A stretch of 64,000 nt of DNA from a virus (IMGVR_UViG_3300027864_000205:9929-73928); one strand, 5' to 3'; positions 47,159 through 57,515 are shown, numbered from the stretch's first letter. Notes: generated by a model not told the origin, from the sequence alone. Numbers and translations are program-made.

Positions 47159-49108
47159 TTAGAATAATTTCAATTGGGGTTCTTCACCAAGATCTGCTGT
47201 CTCGGTCGCTTCTGTTGCCTCTATCACTGATTCTTCTGCTTCATGTGTCTCAACAGGGTAAAGTTCTTCCTGCTCGTTGACGGGAGTAAGCGGTGCTACA
47301 GCACTTGTTTCAGAAATCATCATCACACCCTCGGTCGGTTCTGCTAAGAAGAAATCCGCTCTGGAAAATACTGTTTCATATGCCTTTTCCCCTTGAAAGC
47401 TGTCAACGACCTCTTTTTCATCGTCCGCCATTTCCTTATACTTCGTTTTTCCGTAGTTTGGCGGTAGCCAATTCTTATTTCGCGCTGCGTAGATATTAAA
47501 CTTTTCCACGAGTTCCATGTCTTTATACTTGATGTGGGTCGTGCCTTTTTTGAAGAGGTCAACATAGAAGTATTTGAGTTCTATGTTCTTGGTCTGACCG
47601 TTGTCGCTCGCTATGCGCAGGACATTGCGAATACTTCTTTCATCTGATGCGCTCCCGCTGAGATAGTCAAATATTTTTTCAATATCGGATAGAACCGCAT
47701 GTGCCTCGCTGACTTCAAACGCTTCTGATTTCCATTTCCAGCTTGAGAATATTCCCCATGTTGGAATTATTGACTTCTTGCCTATCTTGTGCGCTTTATT
47801 CGTTTTCCATCCGTTGTAGTAGTGAATAGTCTGCTTACACTCTGGGTAGTGGGAGTGCTCGGCTGTCAACTTGTCGAAGCAGCTAATTATAGCTTCTTTC
47901 ACGCCGTCAACTACTTGCGCATTCATTTCGTGCATGACAGTCTTGATGTTAAAAAGCGTGAAGTCATAATCTGCCATTTTGTTTACTTTGCGCACGTAGT
48001 CGTCGCGCAACTTCGATGTCAACCTGTCCATAAACTTACTGTTGCTAAAGAGGGCTCTCCAGTATTTGAGCCTTACCTCCTTCATGTATTTGTCAATATC
48101 TATGACTTGGTTATAGTTCACTTCCCTCCCTACTGTGAGCGTGAGAATGGCGTTTTTGTATGAAGCTTCCGGGTCAAGCGAGTCCAAAATGTACGGCGAA
48201 AGTGCTTTATACTGGCGTATGAGTTCCTTCGATGCGGCTACCTCGACCTTGAATCGAGTCACTGCCTGTTCTATATAATCTCCGGCTACAAGGTCGGTAA
48301 CGTCAAAATCTTCTTGCTTCTCATCTTGTGCCGCTTTCTCCATGCGTTCCCATATATCGCTGTGATACTCTGTACGATATGGGATATTCACACGTATGAT
48401 TGCTACGTTGACATCAGCCTTACGCTCGGCATCGGAGAATGCGTTATCGACAAATATCACCTCTGCTTCATGTTTTTCAAGTTCCCTCTGTAAGACCTGC
48501 CGTGACTTTGTGTATGGGTTGCGAAGTGTTTCTGCGTTGAGTAGGCAGATAATTGCACCACCGTCTTTTTGTATTTCCAGAGCCTTCAGCAAGTGCATGT
48601 CTCCATCTGCAAAGGGAGGGTTCATGAGTATTAACTGATAGTCTTTGTGGCAATTGTATGTAATGAAATTGTCGTGAATTATGTTGACTTTGCCGCGTTC
48701 AATATCGCGAATATTTTTTTCAATCTCTCGCAGATGGGCGAGGTGGTTTCCACCGTCTTTTCCTGCACTCACAGCACTTACTCTGCATTCTTCAACTTTT
48801 TTGTGCAATTCATAAAGTGGTTTCGTCCATTCAGATATGTGATTTTCTTTTATGATTGCCCGGAGAAATGGGTCAATTTCTATGCAATCTATGAATATTT
48901 CTCTGTCCCATGAGCGACCGCTATAGTTATCGGCAAAATGCTTGATCGCTGATAATACAAGGTCGCCCTTTCCTGCTGATGGCTCGAGTACGTTTACAAC
49001 ACAGGTCCAATCAACATCGTTAAGCATTTTTGTTGCGAGATAGTCTGGGGTAGGATAGAACTGGTCGTTACCTTCGGTTTTTGTGAGGTCTGTAATTTTT
49101 GTGTTCAT
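47159..49108 (-). CDS. Amino-methyltransferase fused to DUF4942-like domain
   Basis: QFYPTP, VLEPSAGKGD, ILMNPPF; C-terminal YF.VDLFKKGT.HI.Y; ends QLKLF. Confidence 0.85.
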   Translation of the reverse strand: MNTKITDLTKTEGNDQFYPTPDYLATKMLNDVDWTCVVNVLEPSAGKGDLVLSAIKHFADNYSGRSWDREIFIDCIEIDPFLRAIIKENHISEWTKPLYELHKKVEECRVSAVSAGKDGGNHLAHLREIEKNIRDIERGKVNIIHDNFITYNCHKDYQLILMNPPFADGDMHLLKALEIQKDGGAIICLLNAETLRNPYTKSRQVLQRELEKHEAEVIFVDNAFSDAERKADVNVAIIRVNIPYRTEYHSDIWERMEKAAQDEKQEDFDVTDLVAGDYIEQAVTRFKVEVAASKELIRQYKALSPYILDSLDPEASYKNAILTLTVGREVNYNQVIDIDKYMKEVRLKYWRALFSNSKFMDRLTSKLRDDYVRKVNKMADYDFTLFNIKTVMHEMNAQVVDGVKEAIISCFDKLTAEHSHYPECKQTIHYYNGWKTNKAHKIGKKSIIPTWGIFSSWKWKSEAFEVSEAHAVLSDIEKIFDYLSGSASDERSIRNVLRIASDNGQTKNIELKYFYVDLFKKGTTHIKYKDMELVEKFNIYAARNKNWLPPNYGKTKYKEMADDEKEVVDSFQGEKAYETVFSRADFFLAEPTEGVMMISETSAVAPLTPVNEQEELYPVETHEAEESVIEATEATETADLGEEPQLKLF

Positions 49109-49169
49109 CGTTTTTCTCCTTTTTTAGTCTCTATTACCCCATTCGTATCCGCGCCACTGAAACTATCTT

Positions 49170-49976
49170 TCAGAGTGAAAGTTGTGCGGGAGTCCATCGG
49201 TAATCCCGAGTTGCATCATGTGCGATGTTGATGATGTATAGACCCCCCATCTGGTTTATTCGTCCGGCGATTGCTCCATCAATTTTGCTGAGTTCATCAA
49301 TAGTGTGTTCCGATGATATGAGTGTTACCAGCTTTGCATTGTACCGTGCATTGAGTATTTCGAAAGCGAGTCTTACGTCCGCATCAGACGGCTCTGAGCC
49401 TTTCTTGCACTTAAAAAGGTCGTCTATGTATAAGACACTCACAGACTGAAGTCGCCTGACTTCTTTTTCATGTGTTTCCCCTTCGTTGACGGTAGCGCGA
49501 AGCTTTTTGATGTCGCTGCTCCAAAGCATGTAATATGTCTCTTTGCCACCGTTAAGTAGGCTTACGGCTATTGCTGTGCATATGTGGGTTTTCCCGCTGC
49601 CGGTCTGCCCTAAGACTCCGAACCATTTGCCTGTCGAATCTTTTGCAAAAGCGATAGCCTTTTGTTTGATGTTATCTTGCCATGGTGCTTTTACCAGATA
49701 GCGGTCGAAAGTGTACTCGTCCATGATAGGCTTCAATCCGCTTTTTTCGATATTCCTCAACGACCGTCTTATGTTCAAGCACTTGCAGTCCCTCGCTGTT
49801 GCTACACCGTTGACAAGCTCTGTCTTGTATCCTCGGTTAAGGCAGTCCGAACATTCGTAACCTTCAAGGTTTCCTTTGCGCGAGTTCGCCCACTCAATGC
49901 GCCGAGATTCATAATCATCGCTCGATAACGGTTCTATTTTCGGTAAATTTTTCAGTATCTCTGAAATGTTCTCCAT
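49170..49976 (-). CDS. DnaC/IstB-like helicase loader ATPase
   Basis: CSDC..C zinc site, GQTGSGKTH, LYIDDLFK, ISSE. Confidence 0.9.
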   Translation of the reverse strand: MENISEILKNLPKIEPLSSDDYESRRIEWANSRKGNLEGYECSDCLNRGYKTELVNGVATARDCKCLNIRRSLRNIEKSGLKPIMDEYTFDRYLVKAPWQDNIKQKAIAFAKDSTGKWFGVLGQTGSGKTHICTAIAVSLLNGGKETYYMLWSSDIKKLRATVNEGETHEKEVRRLQSVSVLYIDDLFKCKKGSEPSDADVRLAFEILNARYNAKLVTLISSEHTIDELSKIDGAIAGRINQMGGLYIINIAHDATRDYRWTPAQLSL

Positions 49977-49980
49977 CTTT

Positions 49981-50697
49981 CTATACCCAGTTTCCACGCC
50001 TTGCGGATGCGTTATTTTGCTGATTGGTTTCGGCAACAGTTGGCTCATCTTCCCAACGCCGCTGATTAAGCCAAGTTGCTGGATGCGGTATAAATTGGCC
50101 GCGATCTTTGGTCCACTGCTCACTCTTGCGTTGGTCATCTAGCGCGAGCATAATTTCCTTTAACAACCCTTCGTCAGGCTTAATTCTTTTCCACACGGCA
50201 TATGCTTTTGCTTTCGCTACCTTCCGAGGGTAGATTTTCCAAAATTCATCAAAGCTAACATCAATAATCTTATTTCTATTTTTATTTTCATTATCATTTT
50301 CATCTTCCGTAATGGTTTTGTTTGGGTTATGGTCTGGGTTATGCTTGGGTTTTGTTTGGGTTACGTTTGGGTTATGGTCTGGGTTTTGATATTGAGTTGT
50401 CGGTCTTCCCCCTTTCCTCCCATTTTCGGTTTGTTTGCTAATAAAATAGTTCCTTTTTTCAGCCTCAACTTCGAGGCGCTTGTTGTAGTAAAGACCATTC
50501 TCATCAATATCAAATTTGCACATGACGTCATCAGATACTTCGCCCACTGCCAGTTTAATTGCTTTTTTTGTTAATCTGCCTTTTTGATGCTGTAGGCAAA
50601 GCAGTTTGATGTACTGTCCTACTTCTTCGTTCGTGAGATCAACGACACCTGTAAGAAAATCACTGCTGTAAAAGAGAAAAGCGGGGTCTTTCTTCAT
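49981..50697 (-). CDS. Phage replication initiator (lambda O analogue)
   Basis: PAFLFYSSDFLTG N-terminus; FDEFWKIYPRK...PHPATWLNQRRWED C-terminus; upstream of loader. Confidence 0.85.
   Translation of the reverse strand: MKKDPAFLFYSSDFLTGVVDLTNEEVGQYIKLLCLQHQKGRLTKKAIKLAVGEVSDDVMCKFDIDENGLYYNKRLEVEAEKRNYFISKQTENGRKGGRPTTQYQNPDHNPNVTQTKPKHNPDHNPNKTITEDENDNENKNRNKIIDVSFDEFWKIYPRKVAKAKAYAVWKRIKPDEGLLKEIMLALDDQRKSEQWTKDRGQFIPHPATWLNQRRWEDEPTVAETNQQNNASARRGNWV
50262..50385. repeat. Putative replication origin: six TGGGTT iterons plus AT-rich tract
   Basis: TGGGTT at 50323, 50335, 50346, 50357, 50368, 50380; 20-bp repeat 50321-50340 = 50366-50385; AT-rich 50262-50302. Confidence 0.7.
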
Positions 50698-50739
50698 ACC
50701 ATAAGCCTCCTTTATGCGTTTTGTGGTGGCATAGCCGCC

Positions 50740-51186
50740 TTAGAACGGCAGGTCACCGTCGTCCATGTCCAGTTCTGTGAAATCTGAACTTTCGACCGGG
50801 GTATTGTAACCTGAGCCGAAGTCCTCTTTCGGGTCGGCAGTACCTCCCAGTGCCGCTTCTCTGCTTTTCTTGCTCTCCGTGAAATAGACGTTTTCGGCGA
50901 CAACTTCCGCACTGCGGCGTTTGTTGTTTTCTTTGTCAGTCCAGTCACGTATTTGCAAGCGTCCGGTAACAGCTGCCATTTGCCCTTTTGTAAAATACTT
51001 TGAGACAAATTCCGCTGTGTTTCGCCATGCGACTACATCTATAAAATCTGTTTGCCTCTCTCCTCCGTCTTTAGGGGAATATCCTCTATCGACAGCCAGC
51101 GAAAACGAAGCGACAGACACGCCGTTTGGCGTTTGGCGCAGCTCCGGGTCTCTTGTTAGCCTTCCCATAATTACGATTTGGTTCAT
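50740..51186 (-). CDS. ssb: Single-stranded DNA-binding protein
   Basis: MNQIVIMGRLTRDPELRQT...DDGDLPF. Confidence 0.97.
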   Translation of the reverse strand: MNQIVIMGRLTRDPELRQTPNGVSVASFSLAVDRGYSPKDGGERQTDFIDVVAWRNTAEFVSKYFTKGQMAAVTGRLQIRDWTDKENNKRRSAEVVAENVYFTESKKSREAALGGTADPKEDFGSGYNTPVESSDFTELDMDDGDLPF

Positions 51187-51190
51187 TGTC

Positions 51191-51385
51191 CTACACCCCA
51201 CTATTCACTGGTCTTTTTTCTGTGCCTGAGAAAGCCATTTCGAGCAAAACTTTAAAGGTATGCTCATCAACACCTTCTTCCCACGCATCTCTTATAAGGC
51301 AAAGTTTTGTTTCAGTTGCGATGAGTTCCGTATAGCGTGACAGGTTCACAACGATGTTGGTTTCTGCATTGTTTGTGTTATTCAT
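51191..51385 (-). CDS. Small hypothetical protein
   Basis: 64-aa ORF with AAGAAAGGA RBS. Confidence 0.65.
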   Translation of the reverse strand: MNNTNNAETNIVVNLSRYTELIATETKLCLIRDAWEEGVDEHTFKVLLEMAFSGTEKRPVNSGV

Positions 51386-51419
51386 AAAAAGTTCCTTTCT
51401 TGCGTAGGTTGTCAGCTTT

Positions 51420-54400
51420 TTAGGCAGCCTCTACACGACTTCCGCTTTCTGTCTTGATGATATCTATGCTTTGTGGGAAACGTGCTTTGAATGCCGGGTC
51501 GTGCGTTATCGCCATAACTTTGAGGCTGCTGTATCTGCGTTGTATAGCCTCCAGTGCGTCGCAGTATGCTCCGACACCGTCAGCATCTAGGAAAGGCGGT
51601 TCGTCTATAAAGAGCATACCTAATTGCACCCCCGCTTGACTGCTCTTGGCTTCGGCAAGCGAAAGTATGACCGAGAGTGATGCCTTAACTCTCTCACCGC
51701 CCGATTTGGATAGATACGGCAACGTATCTTTTCCGTATTCCTCGATTACGATGTCTAGCGTAGGTATCTCTTTTTTTGAGTTTGACTTGAGTACTCTGTC
51801 GGTAACAAAATCAACACCCATTTTTCCTCCTGTCATGGTGCCGAGAATGCTGTTGGCTGTGGCGGATAGTGTTGGCAATACGGCGCGGATAATATTGTGC
51901 GGTATGCCATCTTGACCGAATGCGCATTTTAAAGTTTCGTAGATAGAGGCTTTGTTGGCGTATTTCTTGATTTCTGCCTGCTCTGTGGTTATCTCGGTTT
52001 TCTTTTTTTCAATATCATCAAGGCGCTGCGTGTATCTGCCGATGTCCATTCGGATGGAGGAAATTTTTGAGTCATTTTGGAGTATTGCTGATTCAACCTC
52101 ACTCAGTCTCACGTCTACGTCAGATGCCGAAAATAAGGCCTGTTCTTCGCATAGTTTCTGCTCTTTTGCGGCAATATCTGCTTTAGCTCTATCTACTTCT
52201 TGCTGCAGTTCAGCGATGCGAACTTTAGCGGTAGCCATACGCTCTTTGATAATCGGGAGTTGTTTTTCACGCTCTACCCATTCGGCAGATTTGGCAATCC
52301 TTGCTGAAATATCTTCGTATTTGACATCAAGCTCTGCCTTTGCCGCTATCAACTCACGTTCTCTCTCGGCTGATTCTGTGAGTTTTGTGAGCCTTTCTTG
52401 CAACGAAGATGTTGAGATAGCCAGGGTGGCTCGTTTCTCGTTCAGGAGTGTTATTTGCGCTCTGACGGCTGTCAGTTGTTCATAGTCTTTTGTTTGTTGC
52501 TCCAAGTTTGAAGCGGTTTGAAGCAGTAGTATGCGCTTTTCAGGGTCATACTGAATAGCTTCCAATTGCGCTCTGAGATTTTCAAGGCTGTGTTTTTGTT
52601 GGTCTAGCCGTGCCATCTCACTTTCTTTCCACTCAGTACATTTTTTCCGATATGGTTCGAGTTCTGCGGCGGCGGTTTGGGCATCTTTTAAGAAGGTGCA
52701 GTTTGCTGTGTCTGGGTTTGGGCAACCACTTGACGTGAGCATAGTTGTTTTTGCTTCGAGCGAAACAATGCGTTCTTTTCGGCTTTTCGCTTCTTGCTCG
52801 AAGTTAGACTGCTCGATAGTGTACTTGCTCTGAATTGTATTTATTTCGTCAGATAATGGTAAGTATTTCTGCAACTTTTCCTCTTGCTCTGCTAAGAGTT
52901 CGAGGATTTTCTTGTGTTCGTCAGCCGCATTGCGCAGTTCATCTTCTGCATGCACCTTTTCTTCGAGAGCCATTATACGACTCTCTGCTGATTCGATTTC
53001 TGTGGTATTAGAATTGATGTTGCGACGAATTTGTTCTGCCTCAGCCTGCACTCCATTACAGCCGGCAATCTGCGAAGTTGTTGCGGCAAGCTCTTGTAAT
53101 AGCTCTTTTTCTCTTTCAAGTAGTTTAGGGTACTCCGCAGCCTTCTCGTTGATAGTCTCTTCAAGCGTTAAACTGTTCTCAGATTCGTTTATTATGACGT
53201 TTTGTGATGTAATGCTGTGGAGCAGTTCAGCAGATGACTCTTTCATCGAGGCGATGTCTGTGCGAATATTGTTTATGCGCTCCTGTACTTCCTTGCGCTT
53301 TTCAGCTTCTGATTTGAGTTCATCGCGCGTTTTTTCAAAGTTGGCTTTTTCGGATAAAAGCAACTCGGCATCTTGTTTTGCAACAGCGAGATTGCCCACG
53401 AGTTCTCTTTCATCGGTTATCTCTCGGGAGAGCGTTTCAACTATAGTTTTGCGCTTTGAGATTTCACTGCGATTTTCTCTCAACTTATTCAGTGCTAGTT
53501 GCTCCATATCGTCATAGATACCTAGTCCGAGGATGTTTCCAAGTACTGACATACGGTCCTCTTTGTCGGCTTGCATAAATAGACCGTATTGATCTTGCAT
53601 TATTAGAGCGCAGCTTCGGAATGTCATACTATCCATGCCAAGCACGCCTTCGATGGTGTTCTGCGTGTCTTTCAACTTCTCGTGAGATCGGTCTACCCAT
53701 TCATCGCTGACAAGCTCTGAGAGGTTAAGTGTCGCTTTGCCGGACTTAGCACGGGTGCGAGTTACGCGGAAGGTTTGCTCGCCGATTGCAAAGGAAAACG
53801 ATATTGAGCCGCTTCGTGCCTTTTCGTCGGCACGTATCCAGCCTGTCAAATCACCCTCACGGGGCTCCTCATAGAGGCAGTCAAGAATTGCATCCATAAA
53901 AAGAGAACTCTTGCCTGACCCATTTTTGCCGTTGATAGTGCAGAAATTGATGTTGCGAAAGTCAAAAACTTCTTCCGCATAATTGCGGTAATTCTTCACT
54001 TCAATCTCAAGCGGAGAGAAAATGCCTGTTAGTCTTGACGTGATGGCGCCGGCAAGTGCTTCCGAGATTATCGGCCGTGCTGACTCGACAACGGCGCCTA
54101 TCCGCTCGTCAGATTCTCCTCTCTCATTGAGATAGGTAATGAGGTTTGTTTCGGGATTTATGAGATCTGACATTTCTGTTTTTGTGGTGCCTATATTTAT
54201 CTGCTCCGGCGAAATCTCACTTACCCAAAATGCACCATGCTCATACAAGCATTTTTCCATAAGACTACGGTTAAACGCCTTGTTGACCTCATCGGTACAG
54301 CTATATATGACACGGACAATTTTTCCAACAAAAGAACGAGTGGGTATATCTCCAAATATATCAGTACCGCCGATAAGTATCGTATCTTCTCCGGCGACCG

Positions 54401-55283
54401 TGTTGAAAGCGTTGACCGCTCCGTTATCCAAACGCAAAGTCAAAAATTCGCGATAAGGGGTCTTAATAAAATTGCTCTCCACATTACCATTCCCAAGTTC
54501 ATGCATCCAAAAGCCGCGTTCTTGCTCCTCGTCATTAAAGTTCATTGCATTGACCGCTCCGGAATAAAATGCATTTTTACAACTTGTAAGTTTCTGCGGT
54601 CTATGTATATGCCCGAAACACACGAGGTCAAACCCTGCTGCATCGAGTACATCAGGGGCAATGACAGGTTCAAACTGTGAGAAGAACTGAGTCTGTCCGC
54701 TTTCGACATTACAGCCTGGTATAGTGTAGTGAGAGACAAGGATGTGTGGCTGGTTCGGGAATTGCTCAGCGCAAGATGCTTTTAGTCCGAGTACGGTTTT
54801 TCCGAGTTCTTCGGTAAAGACATAGTTCTCATCTTCTTTTGATAACCCGGGGAACTTCGCCCTGTAACCGCCACGGTCAAATCCGGGAAGAATGGCGAAC
54901 ACCATACCAGCTACGAAAATTGTTTCCGGCTGTGTAGTGACGAATACCTTGTGGTTACTCTCGAACGCTGAGTTAAGCATGGCGAACTGTTCGTTGCCAT
55001 CGTGGTTTGGTGTGCCACGCATTACAATTACCGGGCAGATTTGCGATAGAGCAGAAATCAACCCTATTGCATCCTTGACTTCGCTAAGACCTCTATCAGC
55101 CCATACGCGAGCTTGATGGAAGATATCGCCGGCTACTATGGCAATGTCTGGCTTTTCATTGTTAGCCGTATCGGTCAAAAACTTAATGCACTTAATAGTG
55201 TCGTGTGCGCGGAGGTTTTTTCCATCAATTTCAGGCCCGGGAAAGTTCCCAATATGCCAGTCAGACGAATGTAAGATTTTCAT
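51420..55283 (-). CDS. Fused SbcD (Mre11-like nuclease) - SbcC (Rad50-like SMC ATPase)
   Basis: DWHIG, GDIFH, GTPNHD, GHIH, then GKNGSGKSS, long coiled coil, SGGE, FIDEP, ITH in one frame. Confidence 0.9.
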   Translation of the reverse strand: MKILHSSDWHIGNFPGPEIDGKNLRAHDTIKCIKFLTDTANNEKPDIAIVAGDIFHQARVWADRGLSEVKDAIGLISALSQICPVIVMRGTPNHDGNEQFAMLNSAFESNHKVFVTTQPETIFVAGMVFAILPGFDRGGYRAKFPGLSKEDENYVFTEELGKTVLGLKASCAEQFPNQPHILVSHYTIPGCNVESGQTQFFSQFEPVIAPDVLDAAGFDLVCFGHIHRPQKLTSCKNAFYSGAVNAMNFNDEEQERGFWMHELGNGNVESNFIKTPYREFLTLRLDNGAVNAFNTVAGEDTILIGGTDIFGDIPTRSFVGKIVRVIYSCTDEVNKAFNRSLMEKCLYEHGAFWVSEISPEQINIGTTKTEMSDLINPETNLITYLNERGESDERIGAVVESARPIISEALAGAITSRLTGIFSPLEIEVKNYRNYAEEVFDFRNINFCTINGKNGSGKSSLFMDAILDCLYEEPREGDLTGWIRADEKARSGSISFSFAIGEQTFRVTRTRAKSGKATLNLSELVSDEWVDRSHEKLKDTQNTIEGVLGMDSMTFRSCALIMQDQYGLFMQADKEDRMSVLGNILGLGIYDDMEQLALNKLRENRSEISKRKTIVETLSREITDERELVGNLAVAKQDAELLLSEKANFEKTRDELKSEAEKRKEVQERINNIRTDIASMKESSAELLHSITSQNVIINESENSLTLEETINEKAAEYPKLLEREKELLQELAATTSQIAGCNGVQAEAEQIRRNINSNTTEIESAESRIMALEEKVHAEDELRNAADEHKKILELLAEQEEKLQKYLPLSDEINTIQSKYTIEQSNFEQEAKSRKERIVSLEAKTTMLTSSGCPNPDTANCTFLKDAQTAAAELEPYRKKCTEWKESEMARLDQQKHSLENLRAQLEAIQYDPEKRILLLQTASNLEQQTKDYEQLTAVRAQITLLNEKRATLAISTSSLQERLTKLTESAERERELIAAKAELDVKYEDISARIAKSAEWVEREKQLPIIKERMATAKVRIAELQQEVDRAKADIAAKEQKLCEEQALFSASDVDVRLSEVESAILQNDSKISSIRMDIGRYTQRLDDIEKKKTEITTEQAEIKKYANKASIYETLKCAFGQDGIPHNIIRAVLPTLSATANSILGTMTGGKMGVDFVTDRVLKSNSKKEIPTLDIVIEEYGKDTLPYLSKSGGERVKASLSVILSLAEAKSSQAGVQLGMLFIDEPPFLDADGVGAYCDALEAIQRRYSSLKVMAITHDPAFKARFPQSIDIIKTESGSRVEAA

Positions 55284-56410
55284 GATTTGACCCCCTTCTG
55301 GCAATTTATGCACAGTGGCACATCAAAATTTCTTTTGGAGTATCCTGCCACACTTTCGCTAATTTCTGCACCGCAGTCCATACACATATGCTGCGCCGCA
55401 GTGCCTTCTTTTGGTGTCGGAGCCGGTGTTTCGGGCGGTGTTTCTTCTTTGTCGATGATTGATTCTGTCTGTGGTTGTGGCGCTACCGGTTCGCCAGAGG
55501 CAAATGCCGGGTTATCGAAGTCGCTGATACTGAAAATATCAACATCTTCGGGTTCATCGTCATGCTGAGTGCTTCCTGCAATATGTGTTATGCCGAACAT
55601 GTTCGATATTGAGTTTAATCCCTGAGCAAGCATTGCTTGTCTGACTTCGGGGTTATTATAGTCGGGGCTGAATGTCATTCTGAGTACCGCAAATGGTTTC
55701 AAGAGTTCTGCTTTAGTGTACTGGCCTTTCATGCCGAGTAATGCGCGGATAACTCTGTTGATTGCTCCGGTCATTGCTTTCTCAGCGGCTGTTTTGCGTA
55801 GCAGAGTCATATTGACCATGACACTGCGGTCAATATATTTTTGTCTGTCCTCGTCCGCAATTTTATAAGCTTTGCATTCCTTGCCCCATTTATTCTCAGC
55901 ATCAACCCACTCGCCTTTGAACATTTTTGCCGCAGCTTTTGCAGCTTTGTCGTCCGTAATGCCTTCAATGCTCTTATCCATGAACTCTAAGCGAAAGCCA
56001 TCTTCCTCATCATCGAGGTCTATGGTTTTCTCGTCACTATGAGTCTTGAATGTGCCATCAGGAAGCCTTACAGCACCACGAGCTTTAGCTTTATAGATAT
56101 TTTTTGATACACGAGTGCCATAAGTATGCGCAGGGTCAAAGTCTATACCTGCGGCTGTGGAGAGTTTCATAAGCAAAGGTTTAGCAGGGGAGAATGTATC
56201 TACCCAGCTATCGCCTTTCTTTACGCTTCCCACTTTGAAAATGTCACCTGAATTTTCCGATACATCTGCTTGCACCTGCATAGCCGTGAGTTTGTAGTAC
56301 GGGTTGATTTGCGATTCCGTAGACATTGGGAGTAGCAGATTACACCCTTCATACTGTGACTGCATCTGCATGAGTGCTGTGTTCTGTGAATTATTTTGTG
56401 AATTTGCCAT
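55280..56410 (-). CDS. Hypothetical protein, possible ssDNA-annealing/recombination protein with C-terminal zinc finger
   Basis: Position beside SbcCD and SSB; EKAMTGA..R motif; CMDC...CINC. Confidence 0.6.
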   Translation of the reverse strand: MANSQNNSQNTALMQMQSQYEGCNLLLPMSTESQINPYYKLTAMQVQADVSENSGDIFKVGSVKKGDSWVDTFSPAKPLLMKLSTAAGIDFDPAHTYGTRVSKNIYKAKARGAVRLPDGTFKTHSDEKTIDLDDEEDGFRLEFMDKSIEGITDDKAAKAAAKMFKGEWVDAENKWGKECKAYKIADEDRQKYIDRSVMVNMTLLRKTAAEKAMTGAINRVIRALLGMKGQYTKAELLKPFAVLRMTFSPDYNNPEVRQAMLAQGLNSISNMFGITHIAGSTQHDDEPEDVDIFSISDFDNPAFASGEPVAPQPQTESIIDKEETPPETPAPTPKEGTAAQHMCMDCGAEISESVAGYSKRNFDVPLCINCQKGVKS

Positions 56411-56428
56411 TATTTTGTAAACCTCCTA

Positions 56429-56457
56429 TTGCTTTTTGTTTCTATCGGTGTTACAAT
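56429..56457 (+). promoter_or_regulatory. Antisense extended -10 promoter adjacent to the RBS of 55280-56410
   Basis: TTGCTT, 17 nt, TGtTACAAT. Confidence 0.5.
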
Positions 56458-56544
56458 ATGGCTGTACTGATAGGGCGTTCGGCATTTGCCGTTCGCTCTT
56501 TCGCCATATTGTGTACTGATACATAATTACTTGACTCTTTTCGG

Positions 56545-56721
56545 TCATGCTGTCTTGCCGTGCCTTGCCATAATAAAAAATGATTCGTTCAACGCTTCTT
56601 TTATGACTGATTCCTGTTCGTCTGTGACTTTACCCACTTGCAAAATGCGCATGAGTACGCATAGGTCTATTTGCGATGCAACCTTATCACTGCGCAACGG
56701 TTCTGTTGTTTTCGCTTTCAT
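56545..56721 (-). CDS. 58-aa hypothetical protein
   Basis: Not in ORF track; AAAGGAGG RBS; MKAKTTEPLRSDKVASQIDLCVLMRILQVGKVTDEQESVIKEALNESFFIMARHGKTA. Confidence 0.65.
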   Translation of the reverse strand: MKAKTTEPLRSDKVASQIDLCVLMRILQVGKVTDEQESVIKEALNESFFIMARHGKTA

Positions 56722-57502
56722 TGAGTAACCCTCCTTTTATCCCCTGTTGTGTCTTAAATTTGTTAATGAAATAGATTTGCCCTTTACCTGTTACCTTCGG
56801 GGTCTTGCTTATGCTCGTATACCCCGCAGTGTGTGATATACTTGTTTCCTTGATATTGAACAACCCAAGTTCCATGCTGCGTTGTGTCGGCATATTGTAG
56901 TCTGCTCCTCTTCGTTTTATGAGGTATCCGCTTTTGCGTAGCCATTCATATAGCCTGTTTTGCCCGGTATCAATGCCGTTTTGTTTGAGCAACTTTGCAA
57001 GTTCGCTGATGAGGATTGTGTCCTTTGAAGCTGAAACCGAGTGAGCAAATATAACCAGGGGCTTGTCTTTGTCTATTTGCTGCTGTAGTGCGCTGCTCTT
57101 GTCCTGCTCGTCTTTAAGTGCTGTGAGTAGCTTAATGCCGAAGTCGGGGCTTGCAATCATCTTATTGAGCGTGTCGGGGGTCATGTACGTTCCATACTTA
57201 CGGATTGATGGAAGAACATCTTCAAACACCCATCGCTCAAATCTTTCTGCGCACGGAAGTTTACTTGTGACTATTAAGCGGTAAACATCGCTTTCCGGAA
57301 GAACGCTTACTTCTTGTTTGCCACCGGTTGTAAGGATGTCACGTTTCGTTACTCCCTTGCAATGGTCTAAAACGGCTTTTCTGGGATTGGAATATCCGAG
57401 AGCTTTCGCAACGTCACCTGCAACAAAATATGGCTTCCCATCTATGTCAACAGTCCTAACCTCGCCAAACTCGGCGTTTTTAAATATCTGTAGTTCATTC
57501 AT
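56687..57502 (-). CDS. BRO-N / KilA-C phage antirepressor
   Basis: MNELQIFKNAEFGEVR...DVAKALGY; ISELAKLLKQNG...GQNRLYEWLR...TPKVTGKGQIYF. Confidence 0.93.
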   Translation of the reverse strand: MNELQIFKNAEFGEVRTVDIDGKPYFVAGDVAKALGYSNPRKAVLDHCKGVTKRDILTTGGKQEVSVLPESDVYRLIVTSKLPCAERFERWVFEDVLPSIRKYGTYMTPDTLNKMIASPDFGIKLLTALKDEQDKSSALQQQIDKDKPLVIFAHSVSASKDTILISELAKLLKQNGIDTGQNRLYEWLRKSGYLIKRRGADYNMPTQRSMELGLFNIKETSISHTAGYTSISKTPKVTGKGQIYFINKFKTQQGIKGGLLNESENNRTVAQ

Positions 57503-57515
57503 TCGGTCAACCCTC

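Noticed and set aside
55594-55605. CGAACATGTTCG as a LexA/SOS box
   Set aside because: Firmicute box needs GAAC-N4-GTTC; here the spacer is 2 nt and the site is mid-gene
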